A program made the position numbers and the translations under genes. A DNA stretch of 64,000 nucleotides. Origin: an uncultured bacterium (lineage in GTDB: Bacteria; Auribacterota; Erginobacteria; Erginobacterales; Erginobacteraceae). Below, piece by piece: positions 30,681 through 40,550 of the stretch (positions are counted from its first letter, which is position 1; every line of letters starts with the position of its first letter). Location: assembly GCA_963822585.1 (NCBI GenBank), contig CAWGIE010000007.1, positions 192,001-256,000 of the forward strand. Direction: 5' to 3'. Below the pieces are notes generated by a model that was given only the letters and a program-made list of their open reading frames with translations, did not search any database and was not told the origin of the DNA.

Positions 30681-32045
30681 TCATTGAGAGACGGCGGATA
30701 GTTCACGGGCCTGCCGGCGGAAACGGTCGGCTTCATCCGTCATCCCTTTCTCGCCATACAATTCCGCCATCAGTTCCAGACCTCTGATTTTGTCATTCAT
30801 GTAACGCGGGTTGTTCTCCTTGCTCGCCCGCTCGGCAAACGAGATCGCCGCGTCGATCATTCCCCGGATCCGGGCGATCTCCGCTTTCTTGATATAAGCC
30901 AGGGAGTTCATCGGGAACCGGGCCAGCAAACCGTCCGCGACCTTCTCGGCCATATCCAGATTCCCGGCCGCGATCCGCTCGTCGGCGATAGCGATGGTGG
31001 TCTTGAAGAAATCGCCGCAGCCCTTGATCCTCTCGGCCATCAGCTTATGGTAGCGGGCCTCTTCCTTGTTGCCGAGCGCTTTGTGCGCCTCCGCCTGGAC
31101 CTGGTGACCAAGGCTTAATTCATCCGTGTAATAGAAGGGAGTGGTGGAGGCGCCTTGCCGGCAGAGCGCGAGCGCCTCTTCCGGGTGGCCCTGTTTCAAA
31201 AGGATATGGGCCCGGTTGATCATGACCCGGGAATTTCCCGGAAAACGGATATCGATCTTCTTCAGATGCTGCTCGGCGGAATCAAAGAGCCCGTCCTCGA
31301 TATCCATCTCCGCCAGCTGGATGTGCGACCCATACCAGCCCGGGCTGTAGTTTAAAATCGTCTCAAACGTTTTCCGGGCTTTCTTCCGCAGGCCGGATTT
31401 GCGCGTGGAGACCCCGATCATCAATTCCAGATCGGGGTTCCGGGGCTTGAACTTCAATGCCTTCTTGTAATAAACGATCGATTGCCGGAGATTGCCGGTC
31501 TTCTCGTAGAGTCGCCCCAGGTCCTTGAGACGCGCGTAATCGGGCCCGCATTCGGCGATGAGAAGTTTCAGGTCGCGGCGCGCGGAGGTGAAGTTCTGGA
31601 GGTCGGTCTCCAGCCTGACCAGCCGCTTGAGGGCGCGTTCCCGCTGGGGATTTCCCTTCTTGACCGTGCGGTAGATCTTGATCATTTCCTTACCGCGCCC
31701 CTGCTTCCGGTACATCCGTTCCAGCCGCTCGTAGAAAATGAGCGTATCCGGATATTCCCGTATCAGCTGCCGGTAATTGCGGACGGCCATCCGGGTGTTG
31801 CCGGCGGCTTCATACAGCCGGGCAATTTGCTTCTTCGTCTCCCTGATCTCTCCGATTTGGTCCGGGGGTATTTTCTTCAAGGCCAGCCGGAGAATGGCAA
31901 GCGCTCCGGAGAATCGTTTCCGCTTTTCCATCAGGCGGCTGAGACGGCGATATCGGGAGAGACGGCCGGGGGTTTGGGAGATGTCTTTCCAGAGCTGAGT
32001 CTCTTCACCCGGCTGGAGTGTGACATTGGACGGCAATGTGGGCAT
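30681..32045 (-). CDS. Tetratricopeptide repeat protein
   Basis: TPR pattern (LGRLYEKTG...YYKKAL...P.N); shares FP.NS and DKI.G motifs with the neighbour. Confidence 0.75.
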   Translation of the reverse strand: MPTLPSNVTLQPGEETQLWKDISQTPGRLSRYRRLSRLMEKRKRFSGALAILRLALKKIPPDQIGEIRETKKQIARLYEAAGNTRMAVRNYRQLIREYPDTLIFYERLERMYRKQGRGKEMIKIYRTVKKGNPQRERALKRLVRLETDLQNFTSARRDLKLLIAECGPDYARLKDLGRLYEKTGNLRQSIVYYKKALKFKPRNPDLELMIGVSTRKSGLRKKARKTFETILNYSPGWYGSHIQLAEMDIEDGLFDSAEQHLKKIDIRFPGNSRVMINRAHILLKQGHPEEALALCRQGASTTPFYYTDELSLGHQVQAEAHKALGNKEEARYHKLMAERIKGCGDFFKTTIAIADERIAAGNLDMAEKVADGLLARFPMNSLAYIKKAEIARIRGMIDAAISFAERASKENNPRYMNDKIRGLELMAELYGEKGMTDEADRFRRQARELSAVSQ

Positions 32046-32139
32046 AAAAGCAATCCTCTTGCAGAGCAGGGACGTGAAAACAGACCATGCGGTTAAAAAG
32101 GGGGGCTATTGTAGCCCATTACAACAATCTGTCAACACG

Positions 32140-32258
32140 TTTTCCACAGATTTCCACAACTTTTCCACAGCTTATCCACAATTTTTACTTCTTCAGCCGG
32201 CTATTTTCGTTCTCAAAGGGATGAAAAGGGTGAATTACCGTGGATAAACGGTGGATAA
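32140..32258. promoter_or_regulatory. DnaA-box cluster, probable replication origin (oriC)
   Basis: TTTTCCACA 32140, ATTTCCACA 32150, TTTTCCACA 32161, perfect TTATCCACA 32172, inverted CGTGGATAA 32239 and GGTGGATAA 32250 in a ~515 bp intergenic gap; glmS and mnmG nearby. Confidence 0.7.
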
Positions 32259-32562
32259 ACCGGGGATGACAGGGGGTATCTCTCGTGGATGGGCCAACAC
32301 ATGTATTTATAGGGTTTTCCTTGCCTGATGGTTGCTTGTCAATGACCAAATCCGCTCTATGCCCTCTGCGTCCTCCCTCTTATCCTTTCTTTTTGGCAAC
32401 CTTTCGTAACTTCTCGTAACCTCTCGTAACTTTCAGCACCCACTCCTCATTCATTCGTCATTTTTAACCCGAGATGACCGAAGGTCATTTTTCGGGTCGA
32501 GTTTCGCCATTCTCCGCCAAAGGCGGATCAGCCTCCGGCTGAGGATTTAGTCATTTATCCTG

Positions 32563-32790
32563 TCATCCTCCCCCCACCGGCTGGAAAATATGTACATCGT
32601 CCCCGTTTTTCAGGATCGTGTCCTCCTGAACCCGTATATTATTGATCAGGGCCATCCGGTAGACAGGATCGGGGAGGTGAAGGCGGTCCATCAGTTCCTT
32701 CAGGGAGCTGCCCTCCTCGACTTCCAGGGGAAATGAGGGGGAATCCGCCAGTTTCCGGAAGTTTCCGTAAAGATGTACCGTTATCTCCAT
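32563..32790 (-). CDS. MoaD/ThiS family sulfur carrier
   Basis: 75 aa ubiquitin-like protein ending PVGGG. Confidence 0.85.
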   Translation of the reverse strand: MEITVHLYGNFRKLADSPSFPLEVEEGSSLKELMDRLHLPDPVYRMALINNIRVQEDTILKNGDDVHIFQPVGGG

Positions 32791-33101
32791 CTCTATTTAC
32801 CTGGTTATTTAACTACAACCTGCTTTAATAACCACGAAGGACACCCCGTACAATGGACTTCATTCATCACGGGGCAGGCTCCGAACACGAAGGATAATAA
32901 CTAAAAATGCGTATCAGAAAATCAGGGGACCAATAGGAGGGGTTTCAGGTAATCAGTAGACCAGGTTGATGCCATGGCTATCCTGATAGCCTGGTATCCT
33001 GATATTCTTCCTACTGATAACCTGATCACCTGATATCCACTGTAAGAATAATCGCCCATCCCTTCAATCTTCGGATCTTCCAAAACAAAAACGCTAACTT
33101 A

Positions 33102-33968
33102 CTATAGTTGCTGGGTTAACTTAATCCGGGTGAAATTGGCCGACTCCAGTTCCAGGTAAAGCAGTTCCCCGTTAAGCAGATCTCCCTTCTTCAGGAGCAG
33201 CTTGACGACCTCCATCGCCTCCAGGGAGGCGATCACGGCCGGGGTTATCGTAGGGGTGCCGAGGACGGATTCAACGCCCCGGGACGGCATCCTTTCTCCC
33301 GGCCCGTAGATTGAAGAGAGCGTCTCCTCCCCGGGAAGGATCGTCGTCACCTGGCCCAGGAAGCCGCCGATCGCGCCGTGGACCAGGGGTATCCGCAAGT
33401 CTGCCGCCGCCTGTTCAAGAATCATCCGGATCGCGATCCGGTCCAGGGCGTCCACCACCAGCTGGACTCCCTCCAGCAGGCTGGGGGCGTTCTCCCGGGT
33501 CAGGAAAACCGCCTCTGGTGTGATCTCGACCGCGGAATTGATCTCTCCGATCCGGCGGGCGGCGACCGCGGCCTTCTCCAGGCCAAGGTCATTCTCCCGG
33601 CAGAGAATTTGCCGGTTCAGATTGTCTTCCGTAAAACGCTCCCCGTCGATGACGGTGAGATGCCCGATCCCCAGCCGGGCCAGCAGTTCGATGACCGTGC
33701 CGCCCAACCCCCCGGCCCCGACTACCGCTACCGAAGAAGAAAGCAGCCGGGCCTGGCCATCCGTCCCCAGTGAAGCAATGTTCCGCCAGTAGCGGATGGG
33801 GATGATCCCTTTTGCCAGAGCGGCGATCTCAACTGTCCGTTCAGCCGTCTTGGTTTCCCGGGCTATCCGCCGGACGTCCGCCAATCCGATGCCGGTATAT
33901 TCTTCCTTGGTCGAAGTCCTGACCGGATTGCTGAATTTTTCCAGTAAATTATCGATCGGGGTGGACAT
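33102..33968 (-). CDS. ThiF/MoeB/HesA family adenylyltransferase
   Basis: VVGAGGLG, D...NLNRQ, VDALD; upstream of the MoaD-like gene. Confidence 0.88.
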   Translation of the reverse strand: MSTPIDNLLEKFSNPVRTSTKEEYTGIGLADVRRIARETKTAERTVEIAALAKGIIPIRYWRNIASLGTDGQARLLSSSVAVVGAGGLGGTVIELLARLGIGHLTVIDGERFTEDNLNRQILCRENDLGLEKAAVAARRIGEINSAVEITPEAVFLTRENAPSLLEGVQLVVDALDRIAIRMILEQAAADLRIPLVHGAIGGFLGQVTTILPGEETLSSIYGPGERMPSRGVESVLGTPTITPAVIASLEAMEVVKLLLKKGDLLNGELLYLELESANFTRIKLTQQL

Positions 33969-34004
33969 TTTTTCTTATCTAATTTTTGCGGAGCAAAAAT
34001 TATT

Positions 34005-35831
34005 CTACTCGACCGTGACCGATTTCGCCAGGTTCCGCGGTTTGTCGATGCTGCAGCCCCGTTCCCGGGCGATGTAGTAGGCGAAGAGTTGGAGGGGGAC
34101 CGTGTTGAGGAGGGGCTGGACGATATCTATCGTTTGAGGAACGTAGATGACCTGATCGACATGAGAGGCGATGTGGTTGTCCCCTTCAACGGCGATCGCG
34201 ATGACTTTTCCGTCGCGGGCCTTGATCTCCTGGATATTATTTACCATCTTGTCATAGGTGGAATCGCGGGGCAGGATGGCGACGGTGGGGAAATCGGGAT
34301 CGATCAGGGAGATGGGGCCGTGCTTCATCTCCCCCGCCGCGTACCCTTCGGCATGAAGATAAGAAATTTCTTTCAGCTTCAGCGCGCCTTCCATGGCGAT
34401 GGGGAAATTGTAGAGCCTGCCGATGAAGAGAAAATTATTATAGCGGGCGTACTCCCGGGCGATCGCTTCGATCTCGGCGGTTTTTTTGAGCATCTTCCGG
34501 ATCTGGTCGGGAAGACTTTTCAGGGCCCGGGTGATGAAAAGCCCCTCGGTCAGGGAAAGCCGCTGGTAGCGCCCGATCAGGAGAGCCATCAGGATCAGGA
34601 TCACGCACTGGGAAAGAAACACCTTCGTCGAGGCCACGCCGATCTCCGGTCCGGCATGGTTGTACACGCCGGCGTCCGTTTCCTTGGCGATGGTGGAACC
34701 GACCACATTGACCAGACCCAGGCAGAGCCCTCCCTTCCGGCGCGCCTCCCGGACGGCGGCCAGTGTATCCGCCGTCTCCCCCGACTGGGAGATGGCGAGA
34801 ACGGCCGTCTTGTCGTCAAGCTGCAGGTTCCGGTAGCGGAATTCGGAGGCAAACTCGACCTCGACGCTGAGATCGGTCAATTTTTCGAAAATATATCGGG
34901 CCAGAAGCCCGGCGTAATAGGATGTTCCGCAGGAAACGAAGTGCATCTTCTCGATCGATTTCAGCCGGTCCAGCACCCCTTCCAACCCCCCCAGGCGGGA
35001 AACTCCCTCCCCTTCCAGGATCCGGCCCCGGAGCGCGTTCTTGACCGCCTCCGGCTGCTCGAAGATCTCCTTGAGCATGTAATGATCGAAGCCCTGCTTG
35101 TCTATCTCCCCATAGTCGCATTCAATCGTCTCCATCTCCCGGACCACCTTCCGGTCCTGGAAATCGCTGATGAAGAAATCGTTGCTGTTCAGCACCGCCA
35201 GTTCATTGTCGTTGAGATGGATCACCTTGTTGGTATACCGGATCAGGGCGTTGACATCGGAGGCGGCCAGGAATTCGTTCCTCCCGATCCCCAGGATCAG
35301 GGGGGAGCCGCGACGGGCCAGGACTATTTTATCGGGGATATCACGATGGAAGAGAGCGATGCCGAACGTCCCCTGGACCCGGCCGAGGGCGTTCTTCACC
35401 GCCTCCACCAGATCGTCGTCGTAGTATTCCTCGATCAGGTGGACCAGGACCTCGGTGTCCGTCTGGGAATTGAAAGTATGCCCCTTCTCGATCAGCTCTT
35501 CCTTGAGGGTGAGATAGTTCTCTATGATCCCGTTATGGACCAGGAAGATCTTGCTGTCGGGACCGGTGTGCGGATGGGCGTTGGCCACCGTGGGGCGGCC
35601 GTGGGTGGCCCAGCGGGTATGGGCGATACCCATCCTGCCCCGGGGGTGGACCTCCCCCACCTTTTCTTCCAGCCGGCTGACCTTCCCCACCTCCTTGACG
35701 AGATAGGTCTCCAGGCCGTCGGTGACCGCCAACCCGGCGGAATCGTATCCCCGATATTCCAGCCGCCGCAAGCCTTCGAGCAGGATCGGGGTCGCTTCTT
35801 GTTTACCGATATAACAGACAATGCCGCACAT
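34005..35831 (-). CDS. glmS: Glutamine-fructose-6-phosphate aminotransferase
   Basis: MCGIV, EYRGYDSAG, HTRWATHG, SQSGETAD, PRNLAKSVTVE. Confidence 0.97.
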   Translation of the reverse strand: MCGIVCYIGKQEATPILLEGLRRLEYRGYDSAGLAVTDGLETYLVKEVGKVSRLEEKVGEVHPRGRMGIAHTRWATHGRPTVANAHPHTGPDSKIFLVHNGIIENYLTLKEELIEKGHTFNSQTDTEVLVHLIEEYYDDDLVEAVKNALGRVQGTFGIALFHRDIPDKIVLARRGSPLILGIGRNEFLAASDVNALIRYTNKVIHLNDNELAVLNSNDFFISDFQDRKVVREMETIECDYGEIDKQGFDHYMLKEIFEQPEAVKNALRGRILEGEGVSRLGGLEGVLDRLKSIEKMHFVSCGTSYYAGLLARYIFEKLTDLSVEVEFASEFRYRNLQLDDKTAVLAISQSGETADTLAAVREARRKGGLCLGLVNVVGSTIAKETDAGVYNHAGPEIGVASTKVFLSQCVILILMALLIGRYQRLSLTEGLFITRALKSLPDQIRKMLKKTAEIEAIAREYARYNNFLFIGRLYNFPIAMEGALKLKEISYLHAEGYAAGEMKHGPISLIDPDFPTVAILPRDSTYDKMVNNIQEIKARDGKVIAIAVEGDNHIASHVDQVIYVPQTIDIVQPLLNTVPLQLFAYYIARERGCSIDKPRNLAKSVTVE

Positions 35832-35990
35832 ATTCTATTCCTCTGAAAAGTATCTATTATTTATATTCCGTAACGGATTGGTTATATTTAATATACCAAA
35901 TAAAACAAAAATCACCAATCCGAAAGAATATTTTAGCCAACTGCTTCGGAATTGCAATAAATTGAATAGGAGCAAAGATTACAGAAAGTA

Positions 35991-36108
35991 TATCAGGGAA
36001 TCAGGAGATCAGTTGGGAGGATACCAGATAACCAGGAGATCAGAGGAGGGCGCCCTGATATCCTGGTATCCTGATATTCTTCCCCCTGATACTCTGATAA
36101 TCTGATAC
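35991..36108. repeat. Inverted short-period ATCAG/CTGATA arrays (also 32912-33036, 38513-38636)
   Basis: TATCAGGGAATCAGGAGATCAG ... CTGATATCCTGGTATCCTGATATTC. Confidence 0.7.
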
Positions 36109-36152
36109 CCGCTTTACGTTAGCACCAAAGACGCCGATTGATACCCAATACC

Positions 36153-38060
36153 ATGGCATCAACAGAAAGCAAATTCGACATCATCGTTATCGGTGCCGGG
36201 CACGCCGGGATCGAGGCGGCCCTGGCCGGGGCGCGCATGGGCTGTTCCGTTCTTCTCCTTTCCATGGAGATGGACCGGATCGGGGCCCTCTCCTGCAACC
36301 CGGCCGTCGGCGGCCTGGGAAAGGGTCAGCTGGTCAAGGAGATCGACGCCCTGGGGGGGGAGATGGCCCGAGCCGCCGACGAATGCGCCCTCCAGTACCG
36401 GCGGCTCAATACCCGGAAAGGGCCGGCCGTGCAGGCGACACGGGTCCAGGTCGACCGCCACCGTTACCAGCTCTCCATGAAGCGGCGGCTGGAATCCCAG
36501 CCCCGTCTCCATCTCCGCCAGGGCCGGGTGGAAACCATCATCCGCGAAAACGGCCGGGTGGGAGGCGTAACCACCAGCCTGGGGGAAGAGTTCCGCTCCG
36601 GAATGGTCATCGTCACTCCGGGGACGTTTCTCAACGGACTGATCCACGTCGGGATGGAGCACTTCCCCGGAGGGAGGATGGGAGACCCCGCCGCCGGAGG
36701 CCTCGCCGCGTCCCTCCGTGAGATCGGGTTCTCCCTGGGACGGTTCAAGACCGGGACCTGCCCCCGCCTGGACGGCCGGACCATCGACTTCCACCGTCTC
36801 GAAATCCAGCCCGGAGACGAACATCCGGTCCCCTTCTCCTTCTCCTCCCCGCCGGTCACCATCGAGCAGGTCCCCTGCCACATCGCCTGGACCAGCCCCG
36901 AGACCCACCGGATCATCCGGGGCGGCCTCGACCGTTCCCCCCTCTTTTCCGGCGTGATCACGGGGCGCGGCGTCCGCTATTGCCCCAGCATCGAGGACAA
37001 GGTCGTCAAATTCGCCGATAAGGACCGCCACCACATCTTCCTGGAGCCGGAAGGCCGGGAGACCGTCGAGTATTACCCCAACGGGATATCGACCAGCCTC
37101 CCGATCGATATCCAGCTCGACCTGATCCACAGCATCGCCGGCCTGGAAAAAGCCGAGATCGTCCGCCCCGGCTACGGGATCGAACATGACTACGTTTATC
37201 CCACCCAGCTGAAACCGACCCTGGAGAGCAAGCTCCTCCCCGGACTCTACCTGGCCGGGCAGATCAACGGCACCACCGGCTACGAGGAAGCCGCCGCCCA
37301 GGGCCTGATGGCGGGGATCAACGCCGCCCTCGCCTTCCGGGGGGAGGTAGCCTTCATCCTTTCCCGGTCGGAGGCCTATATCGGGGTCCTGATCGACGAC
37401 CTGGTGACCCGGGGGACCGACGAGCCCTACCGGATGTTCACCTCCCGGGCCGAGTACCGGCTCCGGCTGCGGGAGGATAATGCCGATCTCCGCCTCCGGG
37501 AGACCGCCCACCGCCTGGGTCTCGTTGATGATCGGACAGCGGAAAAAACCGCGGAAAAGAAGCGGCTGATCGAAAAGGCCGTGGCCAGGCTGGAAGCCGT
37601 CACATTGTCGCCGGGCGCGGAGACCGCCCGCGCGCTGGCTGTCCTCGGGTGCGGCCCGCTCCGCAAGCCGCAGTCCCTGAAAGAGATCCTGCGCCGCCCC
37701 GAGATCCGGCTGAGGGACCTGAAAATCTTCGATCCGGAACTGGTGGGCCTGGACCCGGCGGTGGAGGAGCAGGCGGAGATCATTGTCAAATACGAAGGCT
37801 TTCTGGCCCGGCAGGAGGAGGAGATCGGTCGGCTGAAGCGGCTGGAGGAGATGGCAATCCCTCCGGGTTTCGACTATTCGCTCCCGGGGCTGAAGACGGA
37901 ACTGAAGGAAAAATTATCGGCCCTGCAGCCGGTAAACCTGGCCCAGGCCTCCCGGATCCCCGGCGTCACCCCCGCCGCTATTTCCATCCTGATGGTCTAT
38001 CTTAAAAAAGCCAAAATTAAATTGAACCACGAAGGACACGAAGATCACGAAGTAAACTAA
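36153..38060 (+). CDS. mnmG: tRNA uridine-5-carboxymethylaminomethyl synthesis enzyme MnmG (GidA)
   Basis: [56 protein letters not shown]. Confidence 0.97.
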   Translation: MASTESKFDIIVIGAGHAGIEAALAGARMGCSVLLLSMEMDRIGALSCNPAVGGLGKGQLVKEIDALGGEMARAADECALQYRRLNTRKGPAVQATRVQVDRHRYQLSMKRRLESQPRLHLRQGRVETIIRENGRVGGVTTSLGEEFRSGMVIVTPGTFLNGLIHVGMEHFPGGRMGDPAAGGLAASLREIGFSLGRFKTGTCPRLDGRTIDFHRLEIQPGDEHPVPFSFSSPPVTIEQVPCHIAWTSPETHRIIRGGLDRSPLFSGVITGRGVRYCPSIEDKVVKFADKDRHHIFLEPEGRETVEYYPNGISTSLPIDIQLDLIHSIAGLEKAEIVRPGYGIEHDYVYPTQLKPTLESKLLPGLYLAGQINGTTGYEEAAAQGLMAGINAALAFRGEVAFILSRSEAYIGVLIDDLVTRGTDEPYRMFTSRAEYRLRLREDNADLRLRETAHRLGLVDDRTAEKTAEKKRLIEKAVARLEAVTLSPGAETARALAVLGCGPLRKPQSLKEILRRPEIRLRDLKIFDPELVGLDPAVEEQAEIIVKYEGFLARQEEEIGRLKRLEEMAIPPGFDYSLPGLKTELKEKLSALQPVNLAQASRIPGVTPAAISILMVYLKKAKIKLNHEGHEDHEVN

Positions 38061-38723
38061 TATAATTACAGAGAGCACGGAGTCCACGGAGATAAGCTTA
38101 GGAGAATCCACCAACCCTATCCCTTTCCCCCTCTCCCCCCATTTTTTGGGGGGATGAAACGGGGCCTCCTTATCACTTATCCCTTACCTCTTCCCACTGC
38201 TTTATCGGGGTGAGGGGGGTGCGACGGTGATATAATTCCCCTCCCCTTTTTCTTCGTGTTCTTCGTGTACTTCGTGGTGATACCGGGGCGGGGGGAACAT
38301 CAACTTTCTTGGTGTCTTAGTGTCTTGGTGGTCATCAAAGGGGGCGAGGTAGGGGAATAATAATTTTCTTCGTGTTCTTCGTGATGATATACTCCTGTCG
38401 GTAATGAGTACCGGAGAAAAAAGCATACTGGAGTGAGGGAGTGATGGAGTAATGGAAAGCCCGCGAGCCCAGTGCCCAACACTCCAGTACTCCCGATCGC
38501 TCTGAGAAGCGGATCAGATAATCAGGGGATCAGAATGAAGGGTATCAGAATATCAGAGGATCAGTCAGGGAGGCCAACCGCCTGATAATCTGATAATCTG
38601 ATATTCTGCCCACTGATATGCTGATAACCTGATATCCCTTTCGTGGATAAATATACAATCTGTTTAATCCCCGGACGTGGCCTCAAAAAGATTAACGTCT
38701 AAGATTCTAAGTCTGGACAGATA

Positions 38724-39407
38724 ATGACATCTGAAAAATCCCATTACTCTAAGCTTAAAGAACTGGCCTTCGAGCTGGGTTTCTCTTCCTTCGGCGTGGC
38801 GGCCCTCCCCGACCTGGAGGAGCTGGCGACCGATCTCTCCCCCGAGACCACCCGGAACCTGCAAACCGGGATCTCCCTGGCCGTCCGTCTCTCCGACGCC
38901 GTCCTAGAGGACATCGAGGACCATCCCACCCGACTCTATCTTCACCACTACCGCCAGGCCAATTACTTCCTGGACCGGAACGCCTTCGAGCTGGCCCAAA
39001 AAATCGGGGAGATGGGGGGAAAGGCGCTGGCCATCGGCGCGTCCCAGAACGTCGACTGGGTGAACCAGCGGGGGCATATACCCCACAAGGAGATCGCCCG
39101 CCGGGCCGGACTGGGCTGGATCGGGAGGAACAACCTCCTGGTCACGCCGGAATGGGGCGCCCGGGTCCGCCTGGTCACGATCCTGACCGACCTCCCCCTC
39201 CCCCCCGACCGGCCCCTGGAGCGGGACTGCGGCGACTGCCGGGAATGTGTTTCCGTCTGCCCCGCCGGGGCCATCGCCGAGGACCCCGCCGCCTTCGATC
39301 ACCGCGGGTGTTACGAGCGGCTGACCGTCTTCAAGAACACCCTCAGCCTCGGCCACCATATCTGCGGCGTCTGTGTCAAAGCCTGCTCCCCTGAGAAGCC
39401 GGTTTAA
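38724..39407 (+). CDS. Epoxyqueuosine reductase QueG-like 4Fe-4S protein
   Basis: AGLGWIGRNNLL..P.WG, C..C..C...CP and CG.C...C clusters. Confidence 0.7.
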   Translation: MTSEKSHYSKLKELAFELGFSSFGVAALPDLEELATDLSPETTRNLQTGISLAVRLSDAVLEDIEDHPTRLYLHHYRQANYFLDRNAFELAQKIGEMGGKALAIGASQNVDWVNQRGHIPHKEIARRAGLGWIGRNNLLVTPEWGARVRLVTILTDLPLPPDRPLERDCGDCRECVSVCPAGAIAEDPAAFDHRGCYERLTVFKNTLSLGHHICGVCVKACSPEKPV

Positions 39408-39572
39408 CGTACCGTTTCGAAATTTCCCCAGTATGGAATCGGTAGTCGCAGGCTTTAGCCTGCGCTCGGTAGCCGCCTCGATTTATCGTGGCGCGAGGCC
39501 ATGCCATCTTCCCCTTAGAAAGGGTCAAAACCCCTATTGACTGATATGCATATTTAATGCATATTAGTATGC

Positions 39573-39761
39573 ATGAGAACAACACTGAACATAGACGACA
39601 CCCTGGTGAAAGAGGCCTCCCGCCTCACCGGCGTCAGGGAGAAAACAGCCCTGGTCAAGATGGGGCTGGAGTCTCTCATCGCCCGGGCCGGCAGCCGGCG
39701 GCTCGCTGAACTCGGCGGGACCGAGCCGTCCCTCAAACCCGTACCCCGGCGATCCCCATAG
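39573..39761 (+). CDS. vapB: Type II TA antitoxin VapB
   Basis: MRTTLNIDD.L...A; ATGCAT repeats directly upstream (probable operator). Confidence 0.85.
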   Translation: MRTTLNIDDTLVKEASRLTGVREKTALVKMGLESLIARAGSRRLAELGGTEPSLKPVPRRSP

Positions 39762-39763
39762 CC

Positions 39764-40123
39764 ATGGTCCTTGTCGATACATCCGTCTGGGTGTCATACC
39801 TGCGCGGCGGCAATTCACGGCTGGCGGCGTTGCTTCAAGAAGCCGAGGTCGCCTGCCACCCCTTTGTTATCGGGGAGCTGGCCTGCGGGAAGATGAAAAA
39901 CAGAGGGGAAATCCTGACCTTGCTGGGAATCCTTCCCGCCACACCGGTCATTACCCAGGATGAGTTCCTTCATTTCATCCACGCCAACAAGCTTGATGGC
40001 AAGGGCCTGGGGTTCGTTGATATCCACCTCCTGGCCGCCGCTCGCCTGGCCCGGATGCCGATCTGGACGGACGACCGTAATCTCAAAGTTGCCGCCCGGC
40101 AGCTCCGGCTCGCGTACGATTGA
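39764..40123 (+). CDS. vapC: Type II TA toxin VapC (PIN)
   Basis: VLVDTSVW, HPFVIGEL, G.VD.HL, WT.D. Confidence 0.9.
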   Translation: MVLVDTSVWVSYLRGGNSRLAALLQEAEVACHPFVIGELACGKMKNRGEILTLLGILPATPVITQDEFLHFIHANKLDGKGLGFVDIHLLAAARLARMPIWTDDRNLKVAARQLRLAYD

Positions 40124-40166
40124 GCCGGGGAGTCGATCTTAATCCGGCAATCCGGAGCTGCAAAAT

Positions 40167-40550
40167 TTATCCGCCATACAGCAACAGAGGCAGGTGTTCG
40201 CTCATCATGGTGAAGTGCCTGTCGGCGGTCAGAAGCTGCAGATCGTTCCGGATGGCGTGCTGCACGATGATGAGATCGGGTATGCCAACCCCATTGATAC
40301 CATTTCTGAGACAAGTAAGCTGCATCTGCACGATCTCGTCCCAATCAATTGAGACCGGATACCTCTTGAGTTCTCTAAGCAGCGCGACCAGACGCTTATG
40401 CCTGCCGAGGAGAAGGGGCGGAGCGAGTTCGGCCAGGATCAGATCGTTAGTGACCGCGAGGTTCTCTTCAATCAACAGATCCACGATCTCCGTCTCGCCG
40501 GTCCCCCGAAAGTAGTCGATCCAGACCGAACTGTCGATAAGAACGCTCAC
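40167..40550 (-). CDS. vapC: Type II TA toxin VapC (PIN)
   Basis: LIDSSVWIDY, ILAEL, PDLII, T.D.HF. Confidence 0.88.
   Translation of the reverse strand: MSVLIDSSVWIDYFRGTGETEIVDLLIEENLAVTNDLILAELAPPLLLGRHKRLVALLRELKRYPVSIDWDEIVQMQLTCLRNGINGVGIPDLIIVQHAIRNDLQLLTADRHFTMMSEHLPLLLYGG

Noticed and set aside
32563..33968. Ubiquitin-like anti-phage conjugation system (E1 + Ubl)
   Set aside because: No E2, JAB or CD-NTase neighbours; Moco genes nearby explain a MoaD/MoeB-like pair.
33969..34004. Tn7-like insertion at attTn7 downstream of glmS
   Set aside because: Only 36 bp separate glmS from the thiF-like gene; no Tn7 ends or tns genes.
34089..37511. Long antisense ORFs (e.g. 34089-35846 +, 36159-37511 -) and similar ones elsewhere
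   Set aside because: Shadow frames of well-supported GC-rich genes such as glmS and mnmG.
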